64,000 nt of DNA from Lama guanicoe (GCA_013239625.1 MU056050.1:2962084-3026083); one strand, 5' to 3'; positions 23,930-38,478 are shown, counted from the stretch's first letter. The notes: generated by a model from the sequence alone, not told the origin. Made by a program: numbers and translations.

Positions 23930-24245
23930 GACAGAGTTGGTTTTAGACCTAGTCAGAAAAAACTTAAATTCTTAGGTCTGCCATTAACTAGCTGTGTGGT
24001 CGCAGGCAAATGATCCCCCATCTCTGGGAGTCACGCTCTTCATCGGTAACAAAGGAGGGAGATGAGGATGGACCAGAATTCATGGTTCTTAGACCCTTTT
24101 GGGTCGGGGAATCTTTTGTTATGAATTTGATAAAAGTCATGGATCTTCCACCTAGAAAAATGCATATGCACACAAAATTCTGTATACAATTCTAGTGGGT
24201 CCACTGACCTCCTAAAGTCTGACCTCAAATCAAAGACTGCAGTAC
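23930..24245. mobile_element. MIR fragment followed by a hAT-Charlie-type MITE
   Basis: ctgccattaactagctgtgtg (MIR core); agaaaaatgcatatgcacacaaaatt...atacaatt (Charlie MITE). Confidence 0.55.
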
Positions 24246-26659
24246 TAGATAATTCTTATAATCCTCCTCCAGCATTTTCACTCTATGATTCTGAAGTGCA
24301 TTCTTTCAAGATTGTAATTGATCAGTTCAAATCGGGGACTCAAACCCCAAAGCCAAAGAGAGCACTGTATCTCATGTTAGAAAAATGCAGGGGTGAGAGA
24401 GCACAGTGAGGGCTACATTGGTGTGTAGAGTAACACAGTTTTGCTTCTCTTGCCAACATTTAAAAGTCTTGGTTAATGAATAATCACAATGATAATGATG
24501 ATAAGTTCCCTTCAAGCTGTCATCTCCTCCTCTACCACTGTCAGGGTCTGTCCTTCGTATATTTTAAGCCCGGTGTGCTCCCCTAGAATCTCTTTTCCAG
24601 AAGGTGATTGTGCACTTTTGCAAATAAGTAGTGTGCCCTGGTGACCTCCGACGCATTTGGTGCCTGCTCTCCCCCTCTCAGTAACAGTTAAAGATCCTCC
24701 CAACTCTGGCAGGAAATGCTTATATAAAGTATCAATTGAAGAGTTCTCAGTGCAGTGGCAATGAGACATCCTCTTCACCTCCTCATATCTGCTCTCTGAG
24801 TTGCTCTCTAGCCCGCAACAAAAAAGTGCACTGGCTGCAAACCCCACAATTATATTACTTCTTTTCCCTAGTCATAGCAAATAGCAACAAGGCAGCCACT
24901 TAGTAAGTTCCCTCTAATTTTTATTACATTTATTTTCTCCTGAGAAAGCTCTATGAGCTAATAAAGTTATAATTTATACTTAAGACTTGTCCAAAATTCC
25001 AGCTGACTTTAATGAGAATGGCTGTGTGTTGGGGTATTTTTGTACGTGGCTCCTTGTTCAGAGTAACAAGGCAAGGTTTCTACCTGACAGCAGCACACTG
25101 TAACAGAATCCTGGAACTTGCAGTCGGTTTATGAGAAGGCAGACGTTTCACCCCCCAGAGTCAAGCTGCTCTCCAAATGCACAAGGAACTGGCAAATACA
25201 GTGGCAACCAACCCTAGACGTCCTCTCATGGAAGCAGACTATAATGCATGGAAGCCTACTCTTTTTCATATAATTAAATATGGGGAAGAAAGGGCTACTC
25301 AGGGGCTGGCGCTGAGAATGCTGAGCCCTGACAGTACACTCTGCCTGGTACTGTGACAGCTGAGGCTCAGTTAAATAAGCAGAGTGGACCCACTACCATT
25401 TCCCAGGCAGCCTGTTATCTATCACATCTGATCATCAGCACAGCATGGTGGAGGCCACGGATTCAGCCTCTGGCACTGTGGAGTGGGGTCGGGAAGAACA
25501 GTGTAATGAGAAGGAAAAAAATTATTCATCAACATTTCAGAGGCGCTATAGAAGACAGACTAGTCTGGCAATGAGTGGGGATTGGGGGGCGGGGCGGGAC
25601 TACACTTCCCAGGGGCTGGTATCACGGTCCCATGCTGCTGCAGTGGAAGGCAGCTGAGAAAAAGCCATTAATATGGCAGAATCCTTTCTTCGAACCATGT
25701 GACTGCCTCTCTTGTGACACCCTTAGTTCCTCTGGATTTCTGTCTTCCTGTAGTCTCTCCCTCACCTCTACACAGAGATATGAATGGGGTGTTCCTTAAC
25801 CAAGAGTCACTGATTGTGACAATAGGCTTGCTACTTTTGTAGAGGACTCTGTCCTCTGGTCACAGGATTTGCACCTCTGACTTCACTGTTAGTCATCTTG
25901 CAAATCTGACACTGGCTTATAAGGAAGCCTTTGTTATATTCAAAGCCATTTGACATTAGAAAAACAGTAACTGAATCAGAGCAGCAGCATTAGTAAGATG
26001 TGGGGACTAAGAAAGCGGAGAGCCACAGCACCCCTGACATGCAATTTAGTGACTGTGACACTCATCTGTAAGGTCCTGGGCAGGAGGCTGACGTTAAATT
26101 GCCAAGGTAAAGATGCCATGTGATGAAGCTGGTGTGCAAAGTATGACAAGATTGAGCAGCTGATTTTCAACAGCTTCAGGCTAAGGCTTCAGAATTCATA
26201 ATGGCTGCATTTATGAAGGCAATATGTAATTAAAAGTAGTCTGATAGTCAGTGTGAGAAATTTACGTTACCTTCCTGAGCTCGAGGAACATCTAAAAATA
26301 ATTTCATCACATTTAAAAGGTAACTAACAACAAGATCAAAACCTTCTTACCCAAAAGAAATCATTAAATAGAACAAGGAATAGTTCCCATTCTTTTAAAA
26401 TACTAGATTACTGTAAAAGAACAACAATAAAAGACAAGAGACAGAATGAACCAAATGCAGGCCAAGGCGACGACAGACTGAGGCTACACCGGTGAAATGC
26501 TATCTGCTGAGAACAGGGACCTGCCCCCAGAACTTCTACTTTTTCCTATTCTCTAGTGATTTTTCATTGGATAGGATGACCCCAGAGGCTCCTCAGTTTG
26601 ACACACCACTCAGTGGCCTGAAATGCTTTGTTTACCTATCTGTTATTCCTGGCTTAGTA

Positions 26660-26890
26660 AGAATGTCAGAATCAGGTGATGAATTTTTACAAGTGCCTTT
26701 TCAGCACTCACGGAGATATTCACATAGTTTTCTCTTTTAATCTATTAAGGTTGTAAATTCTAGGAACAGATTCCTTAATGCTGAACCATCTTTGAGGTCC
26801 TAAAATACACTCTACAGTACTTGGTTATGATGTATTATCTTTTTAATGAATCACTGGATATGATTTGGTAAAATTTTCCTTAGGATTGGT
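26660..26890 (-). mobile_element. Old L1 ORF2 fragment
   Basis: tgccttttcagca...gagat...tgctgaaccatcttt...cttggttatgatgtattatctttt matches antisense L1 ORF2. Confidence 0.6.
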
Positions 26891-27254
26891 ACCTTGTCAG
26901 TGTACAAAATTAACCTTACCGGTTTAAATATGATAGCACGAAAAACAACATAGTAGTTGGATGGAGAGAAAGTACATCTAGGAAAGGTCAAAAGCATCTA
27001 GGAGGTCCTATACACCATAACCTAATATTGTGAATTTGTTTTCTGGCTGCTTTGCCTGAGCCTAGCTACATAAAAGCGAACCTGGAACCTGGAACCTACG
27101 TACCACAGAAGGCAGGGTGATGTGCTGGCTCACACGCACATTCACAGGTGCCTTTGTGGACCTGGGCACTGCCCTCCTGCCCCTTAGCAAGTCCACCATC
27201 CTATTACATAGGCCAGGCTAAGGGGTCAGCCTTAGCCTCTGTCCTTATTCGTTT

Positions 27255-27395
27255 GTTTGTTTAGTCATTCAACAAATATGCCACATTTAATGAGTCCCTC
27301 CTGTTGTCAGGCACTGAGGATAGTAGAATGAACGAGGCAGCAGTCTCGCAGTGGAGCTCACATTCTAGTGAGAGGAACAAATATGAAACAAAACA

Positions 27396-27426
<31 letters not shown>

Positions 27427-27660
27427 TTGTGATAAATGTTATGATGGGAAAGTACAGGGTATTATGAGACAGTGTATCAGGGGAATTTCAGTTGGAACTG
27501 GAAGGCAAAGAAAAAGCCTCTTCATGCAGAAGGGATTTATCTCATGAAGTACAGGGAAGAACATTCTAGGGAGAGAGAGTGGCATGTGTGCAACACTTTG
27601 AGGCTTCATATCTTTGGGAGACTGAAAGAAGGTCAGGGTGGCTAGAGAGTTGGTGTCTTT
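27255..27660 (-). mobile_element. L2 3' end containing a (CA)n run (about 27398-27426)
   Basis: tcattcaacaaata...caggcactg...ggagctcacattctagtg. Confidence 0.7.
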
Positions 27661-28059
27661 CTAGTGCATTAAAAACACATGAAGAACAACCCTTCCCCTG
27701 CCCCCATCCCCCCCAATACAGAAGAAAACAGAAGATGACCACCTTCTAGCAGTATTTAGGCATTTTTCTTTGGGGGGATTTAGGAAACAGATTCACCTTG
27801 AAACTGGACTGGTTATCCTTTGAAACAACGTGATTGATTAAAGGGGATGCGATATTGCAATGGAAAGAAACGTGCTGGTTATTTAATGACTCAGCAAACC
27901 TTTGCTGAGCAGCTCTATGTACCAGGCAGGTGATTTGCTAAGCACTGCAGATACAGTGGATATTACACTGGGCAGCACAATTTGTCATGTCAGAGAGGCT
28001 GTACCCTGAAGGGTTACCTATCTTTTGGAACTTTCATCCATGGTCTCCTTAAAATAATA

Positions 28060-28290
28060 TCACCTTACATTTGCATAACACCTAACAGTTAAAAACGTTT
28101 TTGTGTATATTACCTAATTTGAAGATTTACAAAACTCGTAAGAAAGATATGTTTACTCCCATTTGATAGATGAGATGATAGACACAGAGAGGTGAAGTGA
28201 CTAGTCCAAGGTCATCCAGCTAGCAGTAAAAGGTAGAACTGAAGCTCAAACCCAGTGACTTCTTAGCAAGTGCTTTTTTCTTCTACGCCA
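28060..28290 (-). mobile_element. MIR SINE
   Basis: cccattt...agatgag...gacacagagaggtgaagtgact..tccaaggtca. Confidence 0.7.
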
Positions 28291-29439
28291 GCTATTAAGG
28301 GAAAGACCCATGATTCAGAAGTGCCAAATAAATAACCTTTTATTTGCTCTGAATTTAAGAGATAACGATCGGAAGCTAGGGATAGCGTTGAAGTAGAAGC
28401 TTTGTGGATCCTGATTGGCCCCAAACAGTATCCAGTTACACTGTTGCTTACAGCATCCCCTTGAAAGGGGATCCTGGTTTGAATGATAAATTATGTGGTC
28501 ACTGAATGTTAAAGAGATATCACCGTAATGTGCTGAGATGGCTTGGTAGAGGAGATTGGGAGGCAAGAATCGTCATAAATGCTGACTTGGAAAATAAGTC
28601 ATACGGTTTGGTAAATCATTTAATTTTTCTGTCTCTTGACTATATTATCTTACTAATGGCTGTCAAATTCTTATGCCTGAAAGTCATTTAATTGTGATCC
28701 AAAATACATGTGGAGAGATACAAAACATACACTCATGTATAAGTGAAACAAAGTTTTCTAAAACAATACCCTCTAAATAGCTTTACATTATGGTATTTTC
28801 TATTCTGTTCTGGTCTAGTCTGGTCTAGTCTATTCATATATGTTTTGTTCCATTCCATTCCATTAAAAAAATACTGGTTGATTTACCAAATGGATTTCAC
28901 AATCTACTACCGGGTGTGACCAGCAGTTTGAAATGGGCACAGACCACTTGCTTACCAGAGTATCAATCAAGGGTCATTTAAAAACCCTGGTAAGCTCTAG
29001 GTACTCTTTGGAGGTCCTCATCTCACATTTTATCAGAAATATTAAAGTGGATACAACCTACACCCCATATCCAACATTAAACATATTTCATACTAAGTGT
29101 GAAAATTGAGTTGGAGTTGACAAGCTGACATAACGCTCCATTTTGCAGACATTTATCTGAACAATTTGTTAATGTTGATTTTCTGGTTTTCTTTGCATCT
29201 TTTGGTGCCAATACCTTTATTTTTCAGGTTGCAAACATTTTCACAGGTCCTTGAAAACCTCATATCCTTGGTGCTGTGCCTATAAAGCTGAATGAATAAA
29301 ACAGCCCTGCCCTCAGTTAATGATTACGAATTCCTGAGTGGAGAGAAATGATGAAAGATTATTATCTCTGCTAGCTTCTTTGACAGAAAGCCACTGGGGC
29401 GTTGAATTGGGTACTCGGTAAGGTGGGTTGGTCCCTTCA

Positions 29440-29680
29440 GTGAAGAGAGGCAGCAGTGAAAGGCACACAGAACTCAGGAATGGGAGACCCAGGTTTGAAT
29501 CCCTGCTCTGGGAAGGTCTTTCATCACTTGCTCTGTCTGAACCTCAGTTTCCCACTCTATAAAACGAAGATCATATTAATCGTGCCATGCCTACCAGGCA
29601 GGAATGTTATAAGGATTAAAAGGAGAAAATGCATGTGAAAGTACTTTGCAAATTGTAAAGCACTACCCATTTATTATTAA
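29440..29680 (+). mobile_element. MIR SINE
   Basis: ggtttgaatcc...ctgaacctcagtttccc...ataaaa...aggattaaa...aaagtactttgcaaattgtaaagcact. Confidence 0.75.
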
Positions 29681-30994
29681 AATATTCAGTGGATGCTATT
29701 TTTGTGGCTGCCCAGCCTGCCTAGGTTTTACTGAAGGGAAATTTATGAACACTAGAGCATCGTTCTCGGGGATGTTTTGTGTGCACAAAGCAACCGTAGC
29801 TTAGCACCTATTACCGATAATGTTCCCCTGTTTCTCTCTAACACAATTTAGACAGACTCCTTTGCGTCGTGAACCTTTGGGAAGTCTAGTTCTCCCTGAA
29901 ACACCACTCTTTCTTGCCAAACTACTGTACTAAATAATTATGCAATTGTTGTTACCAATAACCTTGAAGAAAAATAGAATTGTTTATAGCAGTGCTACTA
30001 AAGGCGGATGGCTGATTTCCTGAACTTCTAGGACTCCAAACCGCTGCAATTTAATTTAATTAAAATGAAGACCAAGCAGAATGCATGATTACGTATTGAT
30101 AATGTATGCAGATACAGGCGGACATAGGGAATTATTCTGACAAAATTCATATAGTGGATGCAGATCAGAGCCCCTGAACAAGCCAGTTTGTCAAATTAAA
30201 TAAACCGTCTCTAGAACTTTAACGGCACTGTGAACGTAAAAATAATGATTTTTTTTTACATTGTTTTGCAAGCAGCAGAGTTGGGAAAGAAACTAAATAA
30301 TATACAATGATTTCTAGACATCATACCTTATTTACAGCCAGAGAATAAAGTACCAAGGCCAAATTATTTCAAATGCTCACATGGAGTTTTTAGCAGGGGA
30401 ATCTTGTCTGTGTATCAGACAACAAAATCTTTAAGCCGGATGAACTGGTGATTGTGCTTTTCATACAGCAACCCTGGGGGTGATTTTACTCTTCTTCCAC
30501 TTGATCAATATTGTACTTGGATTAATCAATCTTATCAGCTGCCATTGATACTTCTCCAAGGAATTAGTTCACACAACCTCCGCTGGTAATTTATTCACTC
30601 TAGTATTATCCCTCCAGTTACAAAATCTGTTTCATTACAAAAACTGGAGGGATACGCTAGGATCTCAAGCATTCCTTTTCTCATTTTGCCTGTCTCTCAA
30701 CAATCTATTCTTCTTTTGTGACACTCTGGCCCTTAGAGATCACACCAATTTCCCACAGCTGAGCCATGTGGGAAACAAGAGCCCCACATTTCAAAGTAAG
30801 TGAGCATTTCACCTCAGATATTCACCATCACTTCACATTCAGCTTGTTTAAATCTGACCTCTTTCTCCATCACTCAGAAACGAGGGGGACAGAGGTTCAT
30901 ATTTAAGTGGCGAGGGAAGGAGGAAGAGTGGGAGACTTTTCTAGCCATAGTTTTAACCAAAATCCTAGCTATCACTGGGACCGTATGAAGATTG

Positions 30995-31501
30995 GTCAAG
31001 GTTTGTTTCCTATTGCGGTTGTAACAAATTACAACAAACTTAAAGGCTTCAATCAAGACAGATTTATCATCTTATAGACTCTTCTGAAAAAGGTCTCATT
31101 GAGCTAAAATCAAGGGGTCAGGAGGCTGAGTTCCTTCTGATGGGTCTAAAGGGGAATCCATTTCCTTGTCTTTTCCAGCTTCTAGAGGCGACCCACATCC
31201 CTTGGTCCTTGGCCCCCTTCTTTCATCATCAAAGCCAGCAATACTGCATCTTGCTGTGTCTTTCTTCTGTAATTAGAGTTCTATTTTCCTCTAACTCTGA
31301 CCTCTCCTTCTGCCTCCTTCTTCCACTTTTAAGGACGCTTGTGATGACATGAGGCCCACCGAGATAATCTAGGATAATTATCCCATCGCAAGGTCAGCTG
31401 ATTAGCATATCTAATTCTATTTCAAACCTTAATTATCTTTGGCCGTGTAACATAGTATATTTACATCTTTGGGAGGTAATGGCTATTATTCTGTCTACCA
31501 A
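30995..31501 (-). mobile_element. MaLR solo LTR (MLT1C/D-like)
   Basis: tttcctattgc..tgtaacaaattac...gctaaaatcaagg...ttttccagcttctagagg...attattctgtctacca. Confidence 0.8.
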
Positions 31502-32493
31502 AAGGCTATACTAGAATTTCTAGTATATTTCAAGCAAATCTGAAAAGTATCATATATATAGTACCACTGTTAATATCCGGTACACAATTTAGTCTGGTCT
31601 CATATCAGTTAGGTGATTATAAAATATGGCCAGGAGTACAACTAAATGTTTTATTCTTTGTTTGTTTAGAGTCAATCACATCTATTAAGGTATGAGCTCA
31701 GTGGTAATATAGTTGATCCCTCTGCCTCCATCCGTTTATCACCTGAACTATTTATTGTCTGTTATATTCTTAAGGCACTCACAATCCATCTTCAGAGAAG
31801 TAGATTCTCCAACTTCATTCTACCACCTGTTCTAATGCTCTACTACCGTCAAGAAAATTCTCTTAGTCTCTGTGGAGCTGGAAATGGAGACGAGGTAGTA
31901 AATAAAATCCCTTTAACCATGATTAAATTATCAGGAACATTTTCTACAAGGTAAATAATCCATATTCCATCTTAGGTACCACACTTGAAATTAGTTTGGC
32001 TGTTTTCCTTGGGATCCTTGCCAATCTTCTTTCTCTGCCTTAAAAAAATATGTCCCTTAAGTGCACATAAAACATCACGAGGGACTTTTTCCCCTCTCCC
32101 TTGGATATTTCTGAATGAGTCAATTGTCTCTTGCTTTTATTACTATTATGAGCCTTAAAAAGGAACCAACAATATATATTTCAGCATTTTAGTTAAGGCC
32201 ATTTTATAGTCAGAATGCTTGTGGAAGTTTTGACTAGGAACACCAGTAGAAACAGCAAGTAAACTAACATCCATAGGCAAACAATAAGGACGAAGTCGTC
32301 ATCACTTGTGTGTATCCTAGAACATTTTGACCTTCTTTTTGTCTTAGTTGTTATATTCAGTCATTCATGGATATCTTAGAAACTAAGCCATTAAGAGTGC
32401 TTAACTACAAGACGGAGGAAAATTTTAGAATCTTTAGCACTGGAGGTATTTAAAAGGAAGAGGTGTAACAAATTTTTATGCATAAAGTGAGGT

Positions 32494-33124
32494 GGATAAA
32501 ATGGTGCGGTCACTGTGGAAAACAGTTTGGTAGCTCCTCAACAAGTCACACAGAATACCATATGACCCAACAATTTTACTACTATGTATAGTCTGCAAAG
32601 AATTGAGAACAGCTATTCAAACAAATACTTGGATACAAATGTTAACAGCAGCACTATTCACAATAGCCAAAAGGTAGAAACAACCCAAATGTCCACCAGC
32701 TGATGAGTGGACAAACAAAATGTGGTATATTCATGCAATGGAATATTACTCAGTCATAAAAAGGAACAAAGAACCGATATATGCTAACATGGATGACCTT
32801 TGAAAACATTATGCCAATTGAAAGAAGTCAGATACAAAAGACCACATATTACGTGATTGTATTTGTTTGAAATATCCAGAATAGGTACATCCGTAGAGAC
32901 AGAAAGGAGATTGGTGGCTGTGCGCCTGGAGGAGAGGGAGAAGTAGAGAGTGACTGCTAGTATGTTTAGGACTACTTTGTGGGGTGGTGATGAGAATGTT
33001 CTGGAATTAAATATTGGTGATGATTGTACAACCTTGTCATAATACTAAAATCCACTGAATTTGTACACTTTAAATGGGTGAACTTTTTGGTATGTGAACT
33101 ATATCTCAATAAAACTTTTTTTTT
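32494..33124 (+). mobile_element. L1MB-like 3' end with degenerate TSD
   Basis: ORF2-end motifs agcagcactattcacaatagccaaaagg and atggaatattactcag; 3' tatatctcaataaa; flanks taaagtgaggt (32483) and taaagtaaggt (33125). Confidence 0.85.
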
Positions 33125-33427
33125 TAAAGTAAGGTTAACCTGCATTTATGTGAACCCTAGCAAGAAATAACTGCCAGATGTGGTCTTGGTTAGCTGTTTA
33201 CCAGAGTAAATAGCTAAGTATCACAACTTAAGGAAAACGTAAAAAAAAGAAAAAGAAAAACAAACCAACAAAAACCAAGAAGCTAACTATCTGGCAGGGG
33301 CTCTGAGGAAGGCTATAAAGAATTGGAAAACAAAGCCCTAAGGAGGAACGTTAGAGGAATTTTAGATGATTCTAGTGAAGCAAAGGCTTTAGTGTCATAT
33401 CCTGGAGAGGGGCACATGAGGCCTTGA

Positions 33428-33917
33428 GTATGCATCAGTCAGGGTCCCAGCAGGGGTCAGATGTCACACTCAGGTGTTCAGAGCAAAGAGTTGACTGGAC
33501 TATTTACAGAGGTGTGAACAGGGTAAAGGGACTTGACAAAAGTCATGACCCACCCAGGAACGGGCAACACTGGGGAGCTGTCTGGGCTTGCAGAGAGGGG
33601 TCCAGGGGGAGCGGAGAGAGCTTGGGGATTTGGAAGAGGCACTACCCAAACAGGAGCTGCCATCTTCTAGTGTAGTCACTGCTGGAACTGCAGTGAAGCA
33701 GGGAGAGGGATAAACCCCCTGACCTTTTTCTCCTTCCACCCTGCAGCCTCCTGATGGTGCCATCCATTGACCGAATCAAAAGGGAAGCCAGAGACTGAAG
33801 GAGTCCAGGCATTGTAGTCTATAGATGCCAGTCTTTCAGCACACACAGAAGGGCAGAGAAGAGACTGTGTGTGTGTCTGCGTGTGTCAGGGATGGCAAAT
33901 AGAGAATTACTAACACA
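33428..33917. mobile_element. ERVL-type solo LTR (LTR33/LTR41-like)
   Basis: cagtcagggtcccagcagg...cagatgtcacactca...ggactatttacagaggtgtg...gaagccagag...taacaca. Confidence 0.65.
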
Positions 33918-34049
33918 GAGTGCCTATCTGTTAACCCCATAGCTCCCTTCTTAGAGACACTGAGGCAACAAATACCCGCAGAGGCCCCACGCTTTATACC
34001 TTGTGATCCTAATATGCTAATCACAGGGAAACTGACAAAACCTATACCA

Positions 34050-34290
34050 GCGACCAACATTTGTTGAGTGCTTGCCATGTATGAAGCACTCACTCATCTC
34101 ATTTAACCCTCATATCACAGTAACCTGTGATTAATATTCTCTTCATGACACCCATTTTACAGATGGAGAAACTGTGGCATTTGGAGATTGATTTAACCAG
34201 TGTGGCATAGCTAGTAAGTAGAGAAGGGATGATTTGAACCCAGGGAGGATGTCTGGCCCCAGAGGCGTTCTCTTCATTCTGCTCACTGGA
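34050..34290 (-). mobile_element. MIR SINE
   Basis: cccattttacagatggagaaactgtggc...gatttgaacccagg. Confidence 0.75.
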
Positions 34291-35937
34291 CTAGGGACTG
34301 AGCAGGACTCTACGGGCTGGCCAGCGACCTTGTTGGTAGTTAGCCTAATGGGAGAGCTCTGCCTTCACAGCTGTTTTCTACTACATGGTGACTGGTGACA
34401 CAATCTGATATTCTAAGAGGACTCTGAATGCAAATCACCAGACTGTGGAGTTTGCAAGAGCTGAGAGAAAATGAGGGTAGTTCTATGGCAGGAGAAGTGG
34501 TGAGCTCAGTCATCGGTATGGCTGAGTCACCACAGTGGGAGCAGTGGACTCTTGCTGCAGAGGGGGGACAACTAGAGCTTAGCTGATGGACTGGATGCCA
34601 ATCTAGGACTGCAGCGTGTCCCGAGCAAGGCTGCAGTTTGGCGAGAGCTGCCTGTGAGGCTGCTGATGCCTTTTCTTGTCCTTTCTTACTTTCCCGTGTC
34701 TTTATAATAACTCCCCACTAACTGAGGAAGTCTGAAACACTCCATGGTCCTTGCATTCTAATGAAGTCCAACAGAGATGGGTTAATTATTTACATATGTG
34801 AGGGTCTCTTGGGCAAAGAAGAGTCACCAGGTTTTTTTTTTTTCCTCTCTAATTTTTCCCTCTGGAAAGAGAGGAAATTGACACACTGTAGTCTAAGAAA
34901 CATGGGTCAGTTATATGGGAGTTGTACCATGATAGACACTTCCAAGGGAGAGTATGAAAACCTCTCCCCTGGAGAACTTTAAAAATAGTCTTCTCATCTG
35001 TCCAAGGATGATTTCCATGAGCTATTGCCTGAAGGCACAAGAATCAATGGCTCCCAACTGCGGTTCTGTAGACCTGTCAGGTCTCTTAGGAAGTTTTCGC
35101 TGTTTTCTACGGACTGAGAGACATAAAGACACCGGTGTCTGTCTGCTGATCTGTCTGTCTCTCTGAGCATCAGTATTAGATTGTTTACTATCATTTATTG
35201 AGACAAGCTATTCCTCTTTTTGATGTTAAGGTATCCCTCCATGTTGAAATTATGGTAGTGGTAGGCAATAGGAGATTGCAGGCTTTTTTTTTTTTCCTTT
35301 AAAATATTCTTACTTGGCAAAATAAAAAGTTGGCAGATCTGTCTGTCTCATTTTTAAAAACTGTCATCTGTCTGAGGAAATTAAGTATCTGAAAACCATA
35401 GACCCAAAGGACCTCTTAAGAGCCCTTCTAGCTGTAAGATTCTAGGTTTTAAAGTCAAAACGACTAGGAAGGCAGGGTGATTTTTTATTTAACCTACCGC
35501 AGTAACGAGCTAATGGAGTCTAACCATCTTAGACATAAAAGATAGTAAGTGGAGATGCCTATAAGTTAAAATTTTGTATTTTCTAAGCGAAAATGACAGT
35601 CTAAATGTCAAATTCAAAAACATGACCTAAAGAACACCACACCAAAGGTCACAGTTAGAAGGCAATATTCAGCTCTGGAGACAGTTACAAGCCAGATACT
35701 GTGTGATTCCACTGGTATGCAGCCATCATGAAAGGGGAACTAAAATCGTTTTGAAGCAAAAATATGTCAAAAGAGAACTCTCAACAGGCCCAGAGGGAGT
35801 GTTTAAATGAAAAAGTGCCTTAGATCCTTCAAACAGAAGAAAACCCATAATTATTCCAAATACAAATTAATATGCAGCTAGCACATTCTGTTTTGTGAAC
35901 ATTATATTGCTATTTACATAGAATTATTTCAACATAC

Positions 35938-36205
35938 CCAAAGCCTCTGCCAGGCCCCAGACCTTCTGTCCATAGATGTCGGTCTTGTTCCAAGCAAATG
36001 TGTAGACGAGATTAATTGCAGCAGGAAACCACTTCTGTGTGAGCCGCCCTTCCACAGCTACTGTGAGGTGTACTTTTATCATCCCCACGGGAATGGTTGA
36101 ATGTGTTAGAAGGATTCGTAACAGGGTTTTATACCCGGGGGTGCGGCTGCTCAGGTAACTCAGCCTCACAAAGCTGGAAGGAATGGGGATCTCCTCCTGT
36201 ACAAC
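35938..36205 (-). CDS. TENM1: TENM1 coding exon, 268 nt: [21 protein letters not shown]...KVWGLAEAL(V); FN-plug region
   Basis: Acceptor ttttttcctttcag|GTTG, donor TTGG|gtatgt; phase 0 in, phase 1 out. Confidence 0.96.
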
Positions 36206-38478
36206 CTGAAAGGAAAAAAGCCAAATTGACTCTTTATCAGCGGTCACAGGTAGACAAGGATACTGCACGCTTTTGTCTTAGAAACCTGCCAAAGGAGAGT
36301 GCTTAAAGGGATCTGTGGATGTCAAGGCACTTCTAGAATCTCAGTGAGGCTACATGACCGGAGGTTTTGAGTTTTGCACCATATCTGCATGGGGACAAGA
36401 CATCTAGTCAACCCTGAGGATTGCTCTCCTTTTTGCCTTTCCAGGAAAGACTGTGAAAATCACAATTTTGGTTTTTCAAGTGTTCCAGAAATTGCTTCGT
36501 AGGAGTTGGAGAAGCTCACACTGCTGAATGTCAAGGATTTCAGTGCTGTGGATTGCATGAAAGGTCTTTTTCTTATACAGAGAGACACAGAACTTGTTTG
36601 GTGTGTTAAGCCATATATCACAGACCACTGCTGTAGCCTTATTCAGGTTCGGCTCTCTGAGAGGAAGGACTCCGGAAACAGGCCCAGAAAGTGATATTTT
36701 ATGACAGAGATGATGGTGTCCCTAGAACTAATCTTTACTGATGCCATCAAACTTGTCTTCTTTGGAGCTTTGGTATGACCCCGAGGGCCAACTTTTTAAT
36801 CAAATTTTGCTTACATATTTCTCTGTGCCTGGATGTACCAATAGCTGGCAACAAGCTTTTCCAAGCTGGCACCTGTGACTGGGAAGCAAATAACTCCCAT
36901 TAATTCCTCTGTAAATCTTATACAAATGTTGGTCCCAGAGTGAAAATAACACTTGGCTTCTTTAAGTAATTGCTATTGCTTATTTGTTTATTAGCACAGA
37001 TGGAGTTAAACAACCAAAAGTGGCCACTGAAACTACATCTTGTGTCCTGTGACTTTCAACTTTCAAAATACAGCTGAAGAAAAAGCCCATACTATTTAAT
37101 GCAATTAAGGTGACATGTCTAGTGTGGCTATTTCTGTGCCCTTATTAATTTTAAGTGCAGAACACTGTCCCTTCTTCGTTTCCCAAACTGGTGCACAGAG
37201 GAGAACTAATTGTTAAACACACATTGGCTCATATTGTCTAAGATTTCTGGTCATTCTTCTCTTTCTGAGGCACAAATCCATTTTGTCTAGTCTTCTCCCA
37301 GTTTTTCTTCCTCTGCATTAGCTTTTTGATACTAAAACTGTCCACTGGCTCTGTCTTTCGAGATGGTGGCAGAAGCATAATAGTGAAGGCTAGCATGACA
37401 CTTACCGCCTTGGTATTTCATTTCCCTAAGGAATCATGCAATCCTAGACTGGTTCAAAAACTTTTGTTTTGAAAAAGACCCATGCTTCCTAATGACACCT
37501 ATGGAAGGACTGGTGTACCAGTTCAATGTATTCATTAAATACTATCTTGTTTTTTCTTCCTTTCTAAAGAAAAATAATGGAAGAGATAGGAGCAGCAACT
37601 TTTTGGACTCCTTTTTGTGTAGACAGCTATTTTTTTGTGAGCCTTTCCTAAGTGATATCCTCTGGGCAGTGCTAACAGCAGGTGGAGATGTTGTGACGGA
37701 AGAAAAACCAATTCAATCTTGGACTGTCCATTTACCTCTTCTTGAGTATACTTCTTGAATTCTGGAGCCATCTGGCTTAGGAATCCATTTTGGTGGTCAT
37801 TAAACTATCAGTAAAATGTTAACATTAAACTAATTAAATGTAAATAATTAAAATGTTTCTATAATGGAGTGAGAAAATTATACTACGGATGTTTGAATGG
37901 CTTGATATTGAAATGAAAACACTGAGTGCTTGATAAAGAAAAATTCTCAGGAATCCTAAATATGAAGTTTCAAAAATATCTTCCTCTGACTGTAAAGCTT
38001 GAACACTTAAAAAGCAAAGTATTAAACAAAACACATACGCTTGAATACTATCTTTATTAAACACAGCTAAACAAGAGGAGATGTCATGACTTCTAAGAAT
38101 AATGACAACAGACGTGGACTAGACAGTGGAAGAAAACTAGATTTCTTAAGGAGCTTTCATTTCAGAACCAGTGATTATACTGTTATCACTATTGAACCAG
38201 CTAGCTTGGTTCTTTAGAGCGCAGTGTTCATCAGATCATGGTTTGGGGTCTAATTCTCATGACAGCTAGTTCATCTTGCTTTGTTGATGGCCAGAGATAG
38301 TGTCCTGTAGCCCTGGCCAATCACCGTGCAAATGTGTGCCAGGGAGATTACATTTGAAGGCTTCTCTTGAAAAATGAAGGGCCGCACATTCTCAGCCTGG
38401 CAGGAGGACCAGGAAAAGGATCTAGCTGGCCACTCCATGGATTCTGTGATTTTATATATTCAAGGCCAATGTACTCAC

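Noticed and set aside
33743..33760. CTCF-like motif (minus strand CCATCAGGAGGCTG) in the ERVL LTR
   Set aside because: Only a partial match to the consensus; not supportable without ChIP data.
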